From positions 5,568,001-5,632,000 of the forward strand of contig CBDCJH010000002.1 of NCBI GenBank assembly GCA_965217775.1: a stretch of 64,000 bases of DNA. The letters run 5' to 3'. The DNA is from Acidobacteriota bacterium. GTDB taxonomy: Bacteria > Acidobacteriota > UBA6911 > RPQK01 > JAJDTT01. Shown here piece after piece: positions 47,870-57,080 of this stretch (positions within the stretch are counted from its first letter, which is position 1; each line of letters starts with the position of its first letter). A program made the position numbers and the translations under genes. The notes beneath the pieces are model-generated. The model was given only the letters and a program-made list of their open reading frames with translations. It had not been told where the DNA came from and did no database searches.

Positions 47870-49384
47870 TCACCGTGGCTCACGCCGGAGGACGACCGGA
47901 CGGAGTCCGGGAATCTCATCCTGCGCCGGGAAATAGGGGCCCTTGAGCTCTGTGTACCGAACGTGGCGCAAAATCGCCGGGGTTGGGCCCGGCGTATCCA
48001 GCACCAGTGCCTCCGTGAACTTCCTCTCATAGCCGACACGGTAGTTCATGGGATTCTTGACTACGATGAACTTGGCGTTTCGAGTGTCCATGCCCACGGA
48101 CCGGTATTGCTCGTCGGCCCAATCGTAGGTGGGAAAGGTGCAGATCAGCACTTCGACCGAGCCGATCCGGAGCCGCACCGAGGGACCCATGTCGGCGACT
48201 TGGCCTCCCCAAATGCCGCCCGAGTAGACGAACTTCCCATCAGTCAGCTTCTCGATCCGCCCGGTCACGGACATGGACCGGCCCCAGCGCGGATCCACCC
48301 TGTGACCCAGAGTCAGTCGGATCTCGGAACCCTCCGTCTCCTGATGGCATTTGGCTGCGGCTTCCGGATCCACCACGGGAACCAGGGCAGGAACGGAAAT
48401 GAAGTTCTCCAAGAGCGCGCGCAAGGTAGCCACGCTGTCCCCGGCGGCGCCACCCCCGACGGAATCCGCGGTCTCCAGCAGCAGGACGGGGCCACCCTCC
48501 ATCTCCAGTCCACGGACGATCGCCTCCCGCGGACTCCAGACTTGGGGTTCCAGGTCGAACCTTCGCTCCCAGTACATCTCGGCGACCTGCGTCGACAACT
48601 CGACGGCAGCGGTGATGTCGCCGTCGGTGATGACCAGGCCGCCGCCCCCCATGCCGGGATGATCGAGATACGGCTGGACCAGGAAGCTGCTCGTCGACAG
48701 CACGTCGGGCCGCTGCTCCATGGCCTTGGCGAAGCGCATCACGTCGGCAAAGGGCGCCGAACCTTCGGTAGAACCCATGATCCCACCCACGATGACCGGC
48801 ACCTTGGCCATGGCCATGGCCGGCCGAACCTTCCCGTCGAGGATGTCGAGCAGCATCCTAACGCCGCGGACTCCTGTGGTGTACGTGTCGCGGTGGGGAT
48901 AGGTCTCCCAGGCCACCAACGCGTCGGTGCATTCGACCATCCTCTCGCTGACGTGGGCGTGCAGATCGAGCGTCCCGACGATGGGGATCTCGGCTCCCAC
49001 CTCGTTACGCACGGCTTCCACCAGATCCCCTTCAAGGTCGCCGATCTCTTCGACCGCCGCGCCTCCGTGCAAGGGGAGCAGCACTCCGCCCACCGGCTTG
49101 GAATCCCGTAACCTTTGTAGAAGCTCCGTCTTCAGCGTGAGGTAGCAGTCCCGGCTCAGGATGCCCCCCGGGACGGCGGTGGCCACCAGCAGCGGCACAA
49201 TGTCCGCGCCACGTTCCCTCAAAGCGGACAGCATTCCCCCGACGACACCGTCCGTCGATTCCAGGACCTGTTGCCCCCGGCGCAGCTCCGTTCGTTCGAA
49301 GCAGGCCAGATCGGTGAACGTGCCGACCAGGTGATTGGACTCCGTAAAGATGGTGCCGACGGCGATTCGATACGGTTGGCTCAT
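47870..49384 (-). CDS. M81 family metallopeptidase (MlrC-like)
   Basis: FTESN, LPLHGG, DLEGDL, TLDLHAH, TYPHRD, ADSVGGGAAGD; start ATG 49384. Confidence 0.9.
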   Translation of the reverse strand: MSQPYRIAVGTIFTESNHLVGTFTDLACFERTELRRGQQVLESTDGVVGGMLSALRERGADIVPLLVATAVPGGILSRDCYLTLKTELLQRLRDSKPVGGVLLPLHGGAAVEEIGDLEGDLVEAVRNEVGAEIPIVGTLDLHAHVSERMVECTDALVAWETYPHRDTYTTGVRGVRMLLDILDGKVRPAMAMAKVPVIVGGIMGSTEGSAPFADVMRFAKAMEQRPDVLSTSSFLVQPYLDHPGMGGGGLVITDGDITAAVELSTQVAEMYWERRFDLEPQVWSPREAIVRGLEMEGGPVLLLETADSVGGGAAGDSVATLRALLENFISVPALVPVVDPEAAAKCHQETEGSEIRLTLGHRVDPRWGRSMSVTGRIEKLTDGKFVYSGGIWGGQVADMGPSVRLRIGSVEVLICTFPTYDWADEQYRSVGMDTRNAKFIVVKNPMNYRVGYERKFTEALVLDTPGPTPAILRHVRYTELKGPYFPAQDEIPGLRPVVLRREPR

Positions 49385-49472
49385 CCTTCGAGGTTCGCTC
49401 CGGCAGTTGCGAGGATTGGACATCTGGGAGCGAGGGTTGTCCAACCCCCGGAACAAGTAAACCAGAAGCACC

Positions 49473-49495
49473 GGGCGACTGGAAAGTCCCCCTCC
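49473..49495 (-). repeat. REP-like hairpin GGAG-GGGGAC-TTTCCA-GTCGCCC
   Basis: Same GGAG-foot architecture as the other REPs. Confidence 0.55.
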
Positions 49496-49503
49496 TGCGA
49501 GTA

Positions 49504-49529
49504 CGTGAAAACGTGACTGTCCCCTTCTC
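49504..49529 (-). repeat. GAGAAGGGGACAGTCACGTTTTCACG dispersed repeat
   Basis: 25/26 match to 5867..5892; 4 nt from the YafQ stop. Confidence 0.85.
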
Positions 49530-49533
49530 AGGA

Positions 49534-49806
49534 TTATTTCTTGAAGAGATCCGAGTGTGTCCCGGTGCGGACCAAGTGCAATTCGTCGCCCTCTACACGG
49601 TAAATCACGAGCCAGTCCGGTTCGAGATGCGCCTCGCGGTACCCTTTCCAAATTCCCCGTAACGGATGGTCGCGATGCCGCGCGGACAGCGGCTCCTGCA
49701 CGATCAATGAGGACAGGAACGACCGCAGCTTCGTCAGATCCTTGCCTCGCACCCTGGCTTTTCGCACATCGCGTTTGAACTGCGATGAGCGTACCGGGGT
49801 CAACAT
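49534..49806 (-). CDS. yafQ: YafQ-family toxin
   Basis: SQFKRDV, RDHPLRG, REAHLEPDWLVIY, RTGTHSDLF. Confidence 0.92.
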   Translation of the reverse strand: MLTPVRSSQFKRDVRKARVRGKDLTKLRSFLSSLIVQEPLSARHRDHPLRGIWKGYREAHLEPDWLVIYRVEGDELHLVRTGTHSDLFKK

Positions 49807-49807
49807 G

Positions 49808-50065
49808 TCAGAGGTCGAGGTCCCGGAATAGTTCCTTGGCGCTGTCGAAACGCCGGCCCTTGCCGTCGTCCAACTCCTTCATGGCTTTGACGGTCGCGGC
49901 ATTTGGGACTTGGATGGAGAAGGGCAATCGCTTCTCGTCCGCTACGCGCAACAAGAGCAGGCGAATCGCATCGGAAACCGTCAAGCCCATGGCTCGGAGC
50001 GCCTCGGTAGCGCGTGCTTTGGTGCTGCTGTCGATTCGAGCGCGCACAACGGTGTCTGAACTCAT
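49808..50065 (-). CDS. dinJ: RelB/DinJ-family antitoxin
   Basis: VVRARID..MGLTVSDAIRLLL..LPF..PNAATVKAMKE; AGGAGG RBS. Confidence 0.9.
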   Translation of the reverse strand: MSSDTVVRARIDSSTKARATEALRAMGLTVSDAIRLLLLRVADEKRLPFSIQVPNAATVKAMKELDDGKGRRFDSAKELFRDLDL

Positions 50066-50085
50066 CTTCGATTTCCTCCTACGTG

Positions 50086-50122
50086 GTAGCCTCAATGTAG
50101 CTACAAAGGACGTTCCTGTCAA
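50086..50122 (-). promoter_or_regulatory. TA promoter TTGACA-N17-TACATT with overlapping palindrome TGTAGCTACA
   Basis: -35 at 50122-50117, -10 at 50099-50094; palindrome 50096..50105 is a likely autorepression operator. Confidence 0.75.
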
Positions 50123-50191
50123 TAAGGACTCCAGCGAACGAGTGCCACGGGCAGAATACCCGCGCGAGAACGGGACCGAGAACGCATTCTA

Positions 50192-50226
50192 GACAGTGAC
50201 TGTCCCCTTCTAACCTGGTCCCCTTC
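50192..50226 (-). repeat. GAAGGGGACCAG-GTTA-GAAGGGGACAGTCACTGTC doublet repeat
   Basis: Same GGGGACCAG...GGGGACAGTCAC architecture as 7502..7545. Confidence 0.75.
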
Positions 50227-50303
50227 CAGCCTGCATTTGAGGGGTACATGCCTGATATAGTCAGAATTCAAGGTTGTTCCATGATTTCAGCAAGGAGATT
50301 CGC

Positions 50304-51083
50304 GTGACCGTTGTTGTGATCATCTCAGCCAATATTGAATGGAACGCCGTCAGGAGAATTCTTTCCGAAGCTGCCCCCCAAGCATCTCCTTATGGAGAAT
50401 GGTTTGAGACCCAGCTTGACACTGAAGATGCCCGGCAGTCCGTCATACTTTTTCACGGTGGACGGGGCAAGATTTCGGCGGCAGCATCAGCGCAATACGC
50501 GATCGATCGATGGTCTCCGGATCTGGTGGTGAATCTGGGCCCTTGTGGTGGATTTGAGGGAGAGGTCGAAAAGGATGCCGTCGTGCTGGTTGAGCGGACG
50601 GTGGTATATGACATTATCGAGCAGATGGTGGATGCTGAGGAAGCAATCCGAGATTATGCAACGGAGATCGATCTTTCGTGGTTGAGTGAGCCCTATCCCC
50701 ATCCTGTGTTGAGAACCGTTCTGGTATCGGCAGACCGGGATCTCAGGCCGGAAGATATTTCAGACTTGAAGTCCAAATACGGTGCAGTGGCAGGAGATTG
50801 GGAATCGGGTGCAATCGCCTGGGTGGCCAACCGAAACCAGGTCCGATGCCTCATTTTGCGTGGGGTTACGGATCTGGTGGGTGATGGAGGCGGCGAAGCT
50901 TATGCGGGCAGGGTGCAGATCTATGTAGAAAATACGGAGCGGATCATGAACGATCTGGTTCTGAACCTTCCCCAGTGGATAGTATATATGGACGCCAAAA
51001 AATCCGGACCAGTGTACGAAGTTGATAACCGGGTGGTGAGTAGACTGTCGATGACCCAACGATCGAAATGGGATTCCTGTTGA
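50304..51083 (+). CDS. MTA/SAH nucleosidase-like (PNP_UDP_1) protein
   Basis: IISANIE, GRGKISAA, VNLGPCGG, DWESGAIA, LRGVTD; AAGGAG RBS before GTG 50304. Confidence 0.85.
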   Translation: MTVVVIISANIEWNAVRRILSEAAPQASPYGEWFETQLDTEDARQSVILFHGGRGKISAAASAQYAIDRWSPDLVVNLGPCGGFEGEVEKDAVVLVERTVVYDIIEQMVDAEEAIRDYATEIDLSWLSEPYPHPVLRTVLVSADRDLRPEDISDLKSKYGAVAGDWESGAIAWVANRNQVRCLILRGVTDLVGDGGGEAYAGRVQIYVENTERIMNDLVLNLPQWIVYMDAKKSGPVYEVDNRVVSRLSMTQRSKWDSC

Positions 51084-51100
51084 AGGCCGAGCGAGGTTCC

Positions 51101-52738
51101 ATGTCTCTTCCGGGCCGGCGGCTGGTCTGTGCAGGGTTTTTTCTGCTCGGCCTCATTTATTGCGCACACTCGAGCCGCGAGGCCTCGCTTTCAGTTCGCA
51201 TCCTCGATGCCGGCACCGGTCAACCTACGCCGGTGCGGGTCTTGCTGACGGACTCGGACGGCAACACTCCTCGGGTCACGGGGGCCTTGGCGGTCTCGGA
51301 ATCTGCGCTCCCCATCCCGGACGCCGCCATTCCGGTCATGTACGGGCGCTACGATCGCGCGGAAGGGTATCTGCTCCAGCCCGACGGCTCCTTCTATGTC
51401 GATGGGTCCTTCGAGGCACAACTGCCCCCGGGGCCGTATTCGCTCAAGCTGTCCAAGGGATATGAGTTCGTTGCGCAAACCGTGAAGCTCGATCTCAACC
51501 CGGGCGAGAGCCTTTCCCGAGAGTACAAGCTGGAACGATGGATCGACATGCCCCGGCGTGGCTGGTACTCGGGGGACGATCACATTCACCTGCGGCGGTC
51601 GCCGCGCGACGATCCGGCCATTCTTCGCTGGACGGCGGCAGAGGATGTGCACGTGGCGCATCTTCTCCAAATGGGGGATTTCTGGGCGACTTATTACTCT
51701 CAATATGCTTGGGGCGGCAGGGGCCGTTACCGCGAAGGGGACTACATCCTCTCGCCCGGTCAGGAAGGCCCCCGGACGCCCGAGATCGGTCACACTATTT
51801 CGCTCGGTGCGGAAGAGTTCGTGCGATTTCGGGACGACTACTACAATTACGGCCGTGTTTTCGACCAGGTGCACGAGCTGGGAGGCATTACCGGCTTCGC
51901 CCATCAAGCGATGACCTTTCACGGTTATCGTGGAATGACACTCAACGTGTTGCGAGGGAAGCTTGATTTTCTCGAGGTGATGCAGTTCTGTCCACGGGAA
52001 GGGCCGCTGGCGCTGAAGCACTATTATCATTTCCTGGATCTTGGATATCAGCTTACGGCGTTAGGTGGCTCAGACTTTCCCTGGTGTGGGCGAGGACCTC
52101 GCTTCGGCCTGGAAGAGGGGTGTTCCCAGATCGGCGACGCCCGGTTCTACACCTATACCGGCGACAGCCTCTCGTTTGACCGCTGGCTGCAGGGCGTCAA
52201 GGCCGGCCGCACCTTCGTTACCAGCGGACCGATGCTGGAGTTTACGGTGAACGACCGGCTTCCCGGAGCGACGCTGGATGTCGAATCGGGCACTGTAATC
52301 AGGATCTCAGCCAAAGCCTACGGGAAGGCGTCTCAGATCCCCTTACGCCAACTGGAAATCGTAGGGCATTCCAAAACGCTGAAGAAAGTCTCTGCGGGGG
52401 AGCCGGGACAGAGTGAAGAGTTGCTCTCTATAGAGATGGAGTTGCCGGTGACACGTGGGATCTGGGTCGCCGCCCGGACCGATGCCGCCCACACCCAAGT
52501 CGCCCATACGACGCCAGTCTACGTCAGAGTGAACGGAGCGAGCTTCCACAACCCGGCAACGGCTGATCACAACCTCGAGCTTTGTCGCAGCTACCTGAAG
52601 GAGTTGGAAGAGGATCTGGCCCATCCGGGGGAAAGAAACGACAATCAGGCTGTCCGACACAAACAGAACCTGGAACGGCAGATCGTTGAAACCAGAGCCG
52701 CGCTAAAGCACTTGGCATCGCGTCTGGGCCGGGAATGA
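51101..52738 (+). CDS. CehA/McbA-family metallohydrolase (PHP-like), secreted
   Basis: GWYSGDDHIH, GFAH, GGSDFP, GRTFVTSGP, AHTTPVY. Confidence 0.85.
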   Translation: MSLPGRRLVCAGFFLLGLIYCAHSSREASLSVRILDAGTGQPTPVRVLLTDSDGNTPRVTGALAVSESALPIPDAAIPVMYGRYDRAEGYLLQPDGSFYVDGSFEAQLPPGPYSLKLSKGYEFVAQTVKLDLNPGESLSREYKLERWIDMPRRGWYSGDDHIHLRRSPRDDPAILRWTAAEDVHVAHLLQMGDFWATYYSQYAWGGRGRYREGDYILSPGQEGPRTPEIGHTISLGAEEFVRFRDDYYNYGRVFDQVHELGGITGFAHQAMTFHGYRGMTLNVLRGKLDFLEVMQFCPREGPLALKHYYHFLDLGYQLTALGGSDFPWCGRGPRFGLEEGCSQIGDARFYTYTGDSLSFDRWLQGVKAGRTFVTSGPMLEFTVNDRLPGATLDVESGTVIRISAKAYGKASQIPLRQLEIVGHSKTLKKVSAGEPGQSEELLSIEMELPVTRGIWVAARTDAAHTQVAHTTPVYVRVNGASFHNPATADHNLELCRSYLKELEEDLAHPGERNDNQAVRHKQNLERQIVETRAALKHLASRLGRE

Positions 52739-52867
52739 CTTTGCCCGCGGCGATGAAGCAAAACTCTTGTGGGGCCGCTGTCCGGCCGCCCCTGGTTCGG
52801 CCCTGATCTTGAAGGTGACGCCGCTCCAGACGACTGCGTCCGGTTGGGGTAGAATGGAAACCTCAAG

Positions 52868-54469
52868 ATGAAGCAGGCGGCAGCGGCCATTTGTTTCCTG
52901 GCCTTCACACTCTCCTCCCTGTTTTCCCTGCCGCATGCGTTCGCCCAATCGCAGGAAGAGCAGATCGATCCCTATGCAAAGTGGCTGAAGGAGGACGTCT
53001 TCTACATCATCACCGACGACGAGAAGAACGTCTTCCAGAAGCTGACGACGGCCGTCGAAAAGGAGAACTTCATCGAACAATTCTGGCGGCGGAGAGATCC
53101 GGACCGCTCCACCAACGAGAACGAGTTCAAGGAAGAGCACTATCGACGCATCGCGTACTCCAACGAGAATTTCCGGTACGCCGGAATCTCCGGGTGGGTG
53201 ACGGATCGGGGCCGCGTCTACATCATTTTCGGTGAGCCCCAGAGCCGCGAGCGATACTCGTCGGGATCCATGTATTTCCGGCCCCTGACCGAGGGCGGCG
53301 GGAGGACTCGAACCTTCCCCTACGAGAGGTGGCACTACAACCACCTGCCGGGAATCGGTCAGGGAATCGATCTGGAATTCGTCGATCGGTCCCAGACCGG
53401 CGACTACAAGTTGGCCTTGCGCCCCGAGGAAAAGGACGCCCTGCTGATGATTCCGGCAGGCGGTTGGACGTTCTACGAAATGATCGGTGCGGAGACCCGG
53501 GCCGGGCGGCTCATCACCAGGGATCTGATGCGAACTTCAGGGTTCGACGGGGAAGGACATCACCGTACGTCATCGAATCCCTTTCGGATGCTGGAAACCT
53601 ATTTTCAGGTCCAGAGGCCTCCCAAGATCAAGTTCGAGGATCTCCGGGCCGCGGTCCTGACTCGGATCACTTACGACGAGCTTGCCTTGCAGGTGACCGA
53701 TTCCTACCAGGTGTTGAACCAGAAGACATTCCTGGTGCCGGTGACCGTAGTGGTGCCAGGTGCGCAGTTGACCTACGAGGACATGGCTGACGGGACGCGC
53801 CGCGCCACGATCGAGCTGTACGGGTCCATCACCGCATTGGGTGGCCGGGTGGTCCACGAGTTCGAGGAATCGATCTACCGGGACCTGAAGAGCGAACGGG
53901 AACGCGTTGCTCGTGACGTCTATTTCCAGAAGAAGCTTCCCCTCCCTCCCGGGCTCTACAAACTCAACGTCATCGTCCGCGATCACCAGAGCGGCCGGAT
54001 GGGAGCGATCCAACGGCGGCTGGGTCTTCCCATGAAGGTGGCCAGTAATTTGAATCTCTCTTCTCTGACTTTGGCCGAATACATCGTCCCGGCGAAGGGG
54101 GAAACGCTCTCTGCGCCTTTCGTCACGCCGCTCGGCTGGAAAGTCTACCCCTCGATGGACGGAGAGTTTCAGCCCGGAGATCCGCTGGGAACCTATTTCG
54201 AGATCTACGGTTACGCCGTCGACGGCAGCACCCAGGCTCCGGATCTGGGTATTCACACAAAGATCTGGAACCGGAAAGGCAAGGCGATTCTCGAGTCTCC
54301 CGGACAGAATCAGGTCGTTCCCTTCTCCGACCGGGTGCTGGTCGCTCAGGTCTTCGACCTCAAGTCATTGGAACCGGGAGATTACCGGTTGGAGATCAAG
54401 GTCGAGGATCGGATCGGCGGCGCGGCCGCGGCCGGGGAGGCCCTCTTCCAGGTCAAGCCTCCGGAATAG
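52868..54469 (+). CDS. GWxTD domain-containing protein
   Basis: KWLKEDVFYII, FWRRRDP, EEHYRRIAYSN, GWVTDRGRVYIIFG. Confidence 0.92.
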   Translation: MKQAAAAICFLAFTLSSLFSLPHAFAQSQEEQIDPYAKWLKEDVFYIITDDEKNVFQKLTTAVEKENFIEQFWRRRDPDRSTNENEFKEEHYRRIAYSNENFRYAGISGWVTDRGRVYIIFGEPQSRERYSSGSMYFRPLTEGGGRTRTFPYERWHYNHLPGIGQGIDLEFVDRSQTGDYKLALRPEEKDALLMIPAGGWTFYEMIGAETRAGRLITRDLMRTSGFDGEGHHRTSSNPFRMLETYFQVQRPPKIKFEDLRAAVLTRITYDELALQVTDSYQVLNQKTFLVPVTVVVPGAQLTYEDMADGTRRATIELYGSITALGGRVVHEFEESIYRDLKSERERVARDVYFQKKLPLPPGLYKLNVIVRDHQSGRMGAIQRRLGLPMKVASNLNLSSLTLAEYIVPAKGETLSAPFVTPLGWKVYPSMDGEFQPGDPLGTYFEIYGYAVDGSTQAPDLGIHTKIWNRKGKAILESPGQNQVVPFSDRVLVAQVFDLKSLEPGDYRLEIKVEDRIGGAAAAGEALFQVKPPE

Positions 54470-54472
54470 GTG

Positions 54473-54497
54473 GGAGCGGCGGCTTTCTTGCCGCCGA
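54473..54497 (+). repeat. REP GGAGCGGCGGCTTTCTTGCCGCCGA
   Basis: Identical to 63346..63370 and to the reverse complement of 28693..28717; 3 nt after a stop codon. Confidence 0.85.
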
Positions 54498-54592
54498 ACT
54501 CCCAAAGCATCAGACGGGCAACAAAATTCGTTTGACGAAACCGCAACAACGGAGAATGCCGCCATTTTTCTTTCCAAAGGGAGATTCTGACC

Positions 54593-56032
54593 ATGTCATC
54601 GACCCTCTACGCAGGCGTTGCCCGGCGTGTGATCAATCCCGAGATCGGCACGGCCATGGGAGGACTGAGACTGTTCGGGAGTCCGATCCAGGCCATCGAG
54701 AGCGACTTGACGGGAACCGTTCTGGTGCTGTCGAACCAGACCACCAAGGTGGCCATCGCCGCTCTGGATCTTGCCGTGCTCTCCCCGGCCGAGGGCCTCG
54801 CCATGCGCAAGAGCATGGGAAACGCCATCGGTGTCCCCGCGACCAACGTCATGCTGAATCTGAGCCACAACCACAGCTCGCCCTGTCTGCCCGGTTGGGT
54901 TCCGGACACCGACGAGCAGACCCGGCTGAAGACTCGATACCGGGACCACCTGAATGAGTGGCTCGTAGAGGCGGTGCAAGAGGCAGATTCCGGTCTCCAA
55001 CCGGCGCGCATCGGTGTCGGCTGGGGAGAGAGCGACATTGGGATGTATCGGCGTGAGACCGGACCCGACGGCCGGGACGTCTTGGGGGAAGTGCCGGAGC
55101 ACCCCATCGATCCGGCCGTGGGTGTGGTCCGGGTGGACGACCTGGACGGCAACCCCATCGCGGTCCTGTTCAGCTATGGTTGCCATCCGGTCACGGTAGG
55201 ACCACGTTCCATGGTGGCCTCGACCGACTTTCCCGGTCCGGCGCGAGAGGTGTTGGAGACGTGCCTGGGTACGACGGCGGTCTTCCTGCAGGCGTGCGGG
55301 GGCAACATCAATCCCCGGCCCGGTATCGGTTACGAGGTGGATTGCCGGGACGTGAAGGAGCGTATCGGAAAGGCCTTGGGGGCAGAGGCTCTACGGGTCG
55401 CTGCCGGGATCCGGACCCACCTGGAGCCCGGAGATCGAATCCCGTTCGGCAACATTCCAAACATCCTGTTCAGGCCCTGGCTGCACCTGCAAGGGGACAC
55501 CTGCAGCTACCTGGGGGCCGTTGAAGAGACCATCGGGCTCGAATACGGGACTCTTCCTTCCCGCGAGGACGCTCAGCGGATCCGCGACCAATGGAAAGCC
55601 GAGCTGGAGCGGCGAAAAACCGGCAATGCGCAGCAGTGGGAGATTCGTGTCGCGGCCCGGTTTGCAGAGTGGTCCGAGAATCTGCTGGCGGCTGCCATAG
55701 CGGACAAACCGACGCTGGATTTGGAGGCGCAGGCCATTCGGGTCAATGACATCGTCCTGGTGGGCATGAACATGGAGATCTTCTTCGAGACCGGACTGGC
55801 CATCAAGGCGCGGTCGCCCCTGAAGCACACTCTCCCGTTGGGGTACACCAACAGCTCCATCAGCTACCTGCCCCGAGAAGCGGACTATCCCGAGGGCGGA
55901 TGGCAACTGGGTGAGACCTACCACGTGCCGGACCTGTTCTTCCAATCCTATACCGTGCCGGTCGCACCGCGGCCCGATGCCGAGCAGAACGTCGTCGAGA
56001 GAGTGTCGGCGCTGGTTCGGAAGCTGGTGTAG
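54593..56032 (+). CDS. Neutral/alkaline ceramidase N-terminal domain-like hydrolase
   Basis: AGVARRVINP, SHNHSSP, YGCHPV, STDFPG, LQACGGNINP. Confidence 0.8.
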   Translation: MSSTLYAGVARRVINPEIGTAMGGLRLFGSPIQAIESDLTGTVLVLSNQTTKVAIAALDLAVLSPAEGLAMRKSMGNAIGVPATNVMLNLSHNHSSPCLPGWVPDTDEQTRLKTRYRDHLNEWLVEAVQEADSGLQPARIGVGWGESDIGMYRRETGPDGRDVLGEVPEHPIDPAVGVVRVDDLDGNPIAVLFSYGCHPVTVGPRSMVASTDFPGPAREVLETCLGTTAVFLQACGGNINPRPGIGYEVDCRDVKERIGKALGAEALRVAAGIRTHLEPGDRIPFGNIPNILFRPWLHLQGDTCSYLGAVEETIGLEYGTLPSREDAQRIRDQWKAELERRKTGNAQQWEIRVAARFAEWSENLLAAAIADKPTLDLEAQAIRVNDIVLVGMNMEIFFETGLAIKARSPLKHTLPLGYTNSSISYLPREADYPEGGWQLGETYHVPDLFFQSYTVPVAPRPDAEQNVVERVSALVRKLV

Positions 56033-56037
56033 CCGCC

Positions 56038-56865
56038 CTAACCTGAAGCGCTCAGGTAATCCATCCTTCCCCCGTCGACGGTCAGAATCTGGCCGGTCAC
56101 GAAGCGGGCCTCGGAGGAGGCGAGGAAGGCCACTGCGGCGGCGATGTCGGCCGGTTCACCGATCCGTCCCAGGACGCTGCGTCCGGCGAACTCTTGAATG
56201 ACCCGCTCCAATTCCTGGGGGGGGGTGAGCTGCACCAGGAGATCGGTTCGAACCAGACCGGGCGCCACGGAATTGACGTTGATGTTGTCGGGGCCGAGTT
56301 CCAGGGCGAAGCGTTTGGTCAGGTTCATGACGGCCGCCTTGGTCGCGCTGTAAAAGGTCCTCAGTGGGGAGATGTTGCCAAAGCCGGCGATGGAGGCGAT
56401 GTTGACGATGGAGCCGGAACGCCGTTTCCGCATCTGCGGCAGGACCGCCCGGGTGCAGTTGATGATTCCCCGGACGTTGACCCCCCACATGGCATCCAGG
56501 TCCCGCTCCAGGTCCTCATCGGAGGCGTATGAGGTCAGGTCCCCGTCGAGCACGATGCCGGCGTTGTTGACCAGGACGTCGATGCGGGAAAATCTCTCCA
56601 GAATCCGGTCGACCATGGCCTGGACGGTGGAGCGATCGGAGACGTCCGCCTGCACCGCCTCAGCCTCGGTTCCGAGGCGGTTCACTTGCTCGACGGTCTC
56701 GGCGGCGGCCGGCTCGTTGCTCACGAAGTTGATCCCGACCCGGGCGCCTTCCTGAGCCAGACGCAGGGACACGGCCCGGCCGATCCCTCGCGACCCCCCG
56801 GTCACGAGAGCCACCTTTCCCCGGAATCTCCGACCTGGATTGCCGCTGTCGGTCCGCGTCGTCAT
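56038..56865 (-). CDS. SDR family oxidoreductase (FabG-like)
   Basis: TGGSRGIG, NNAG, YSATK, VAPG, VDGG; start about 56865. Confidence 0.92.
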   Translation of the reverse strand: MTTRTDSGNPGRRFRGKVALVTGGSRGIGRAVSLRLAQEGARVGINFVSNEPAAAETVEQVNRLGTEAEAVQADVSDRSTVQAMVDRILERFSRIDVLVNNAGIVLDGDLTSYASDEDLERDLDAMWGVNVRGIINCTRAVLPQMRKRRSGSIVNIASIAGFGNISPLRTFYSATKAAVMNLTKRFALELGPDNINVNSVAPGLVRTDLLVQLTPPQELERVIQEFAGRSVLGRIGEPADIAAAVAFLASSEARFVTGQILTVDGGRMDYLSASG

Positions 56866-57080
56866 CGGGCTTCTCTCCGGTAGCCTATCAGTCCCGCTTG
56901 CCGCCATCAAAATGGGGGATCGAATCCCGCCCAATGAGCCCCGGCGGGGAAGACATTTCTTGCCAGGATAGTCTAGAATTGTTCCTGGTTGGCTCGCTCT
57001 CGGCCCGGGAGGGCGTGGCTTACTGTCAAAGTCCGAGACCCGAATCGCGGGGGAGTCCCAAGTTCAAGGGAGACAGCCCT

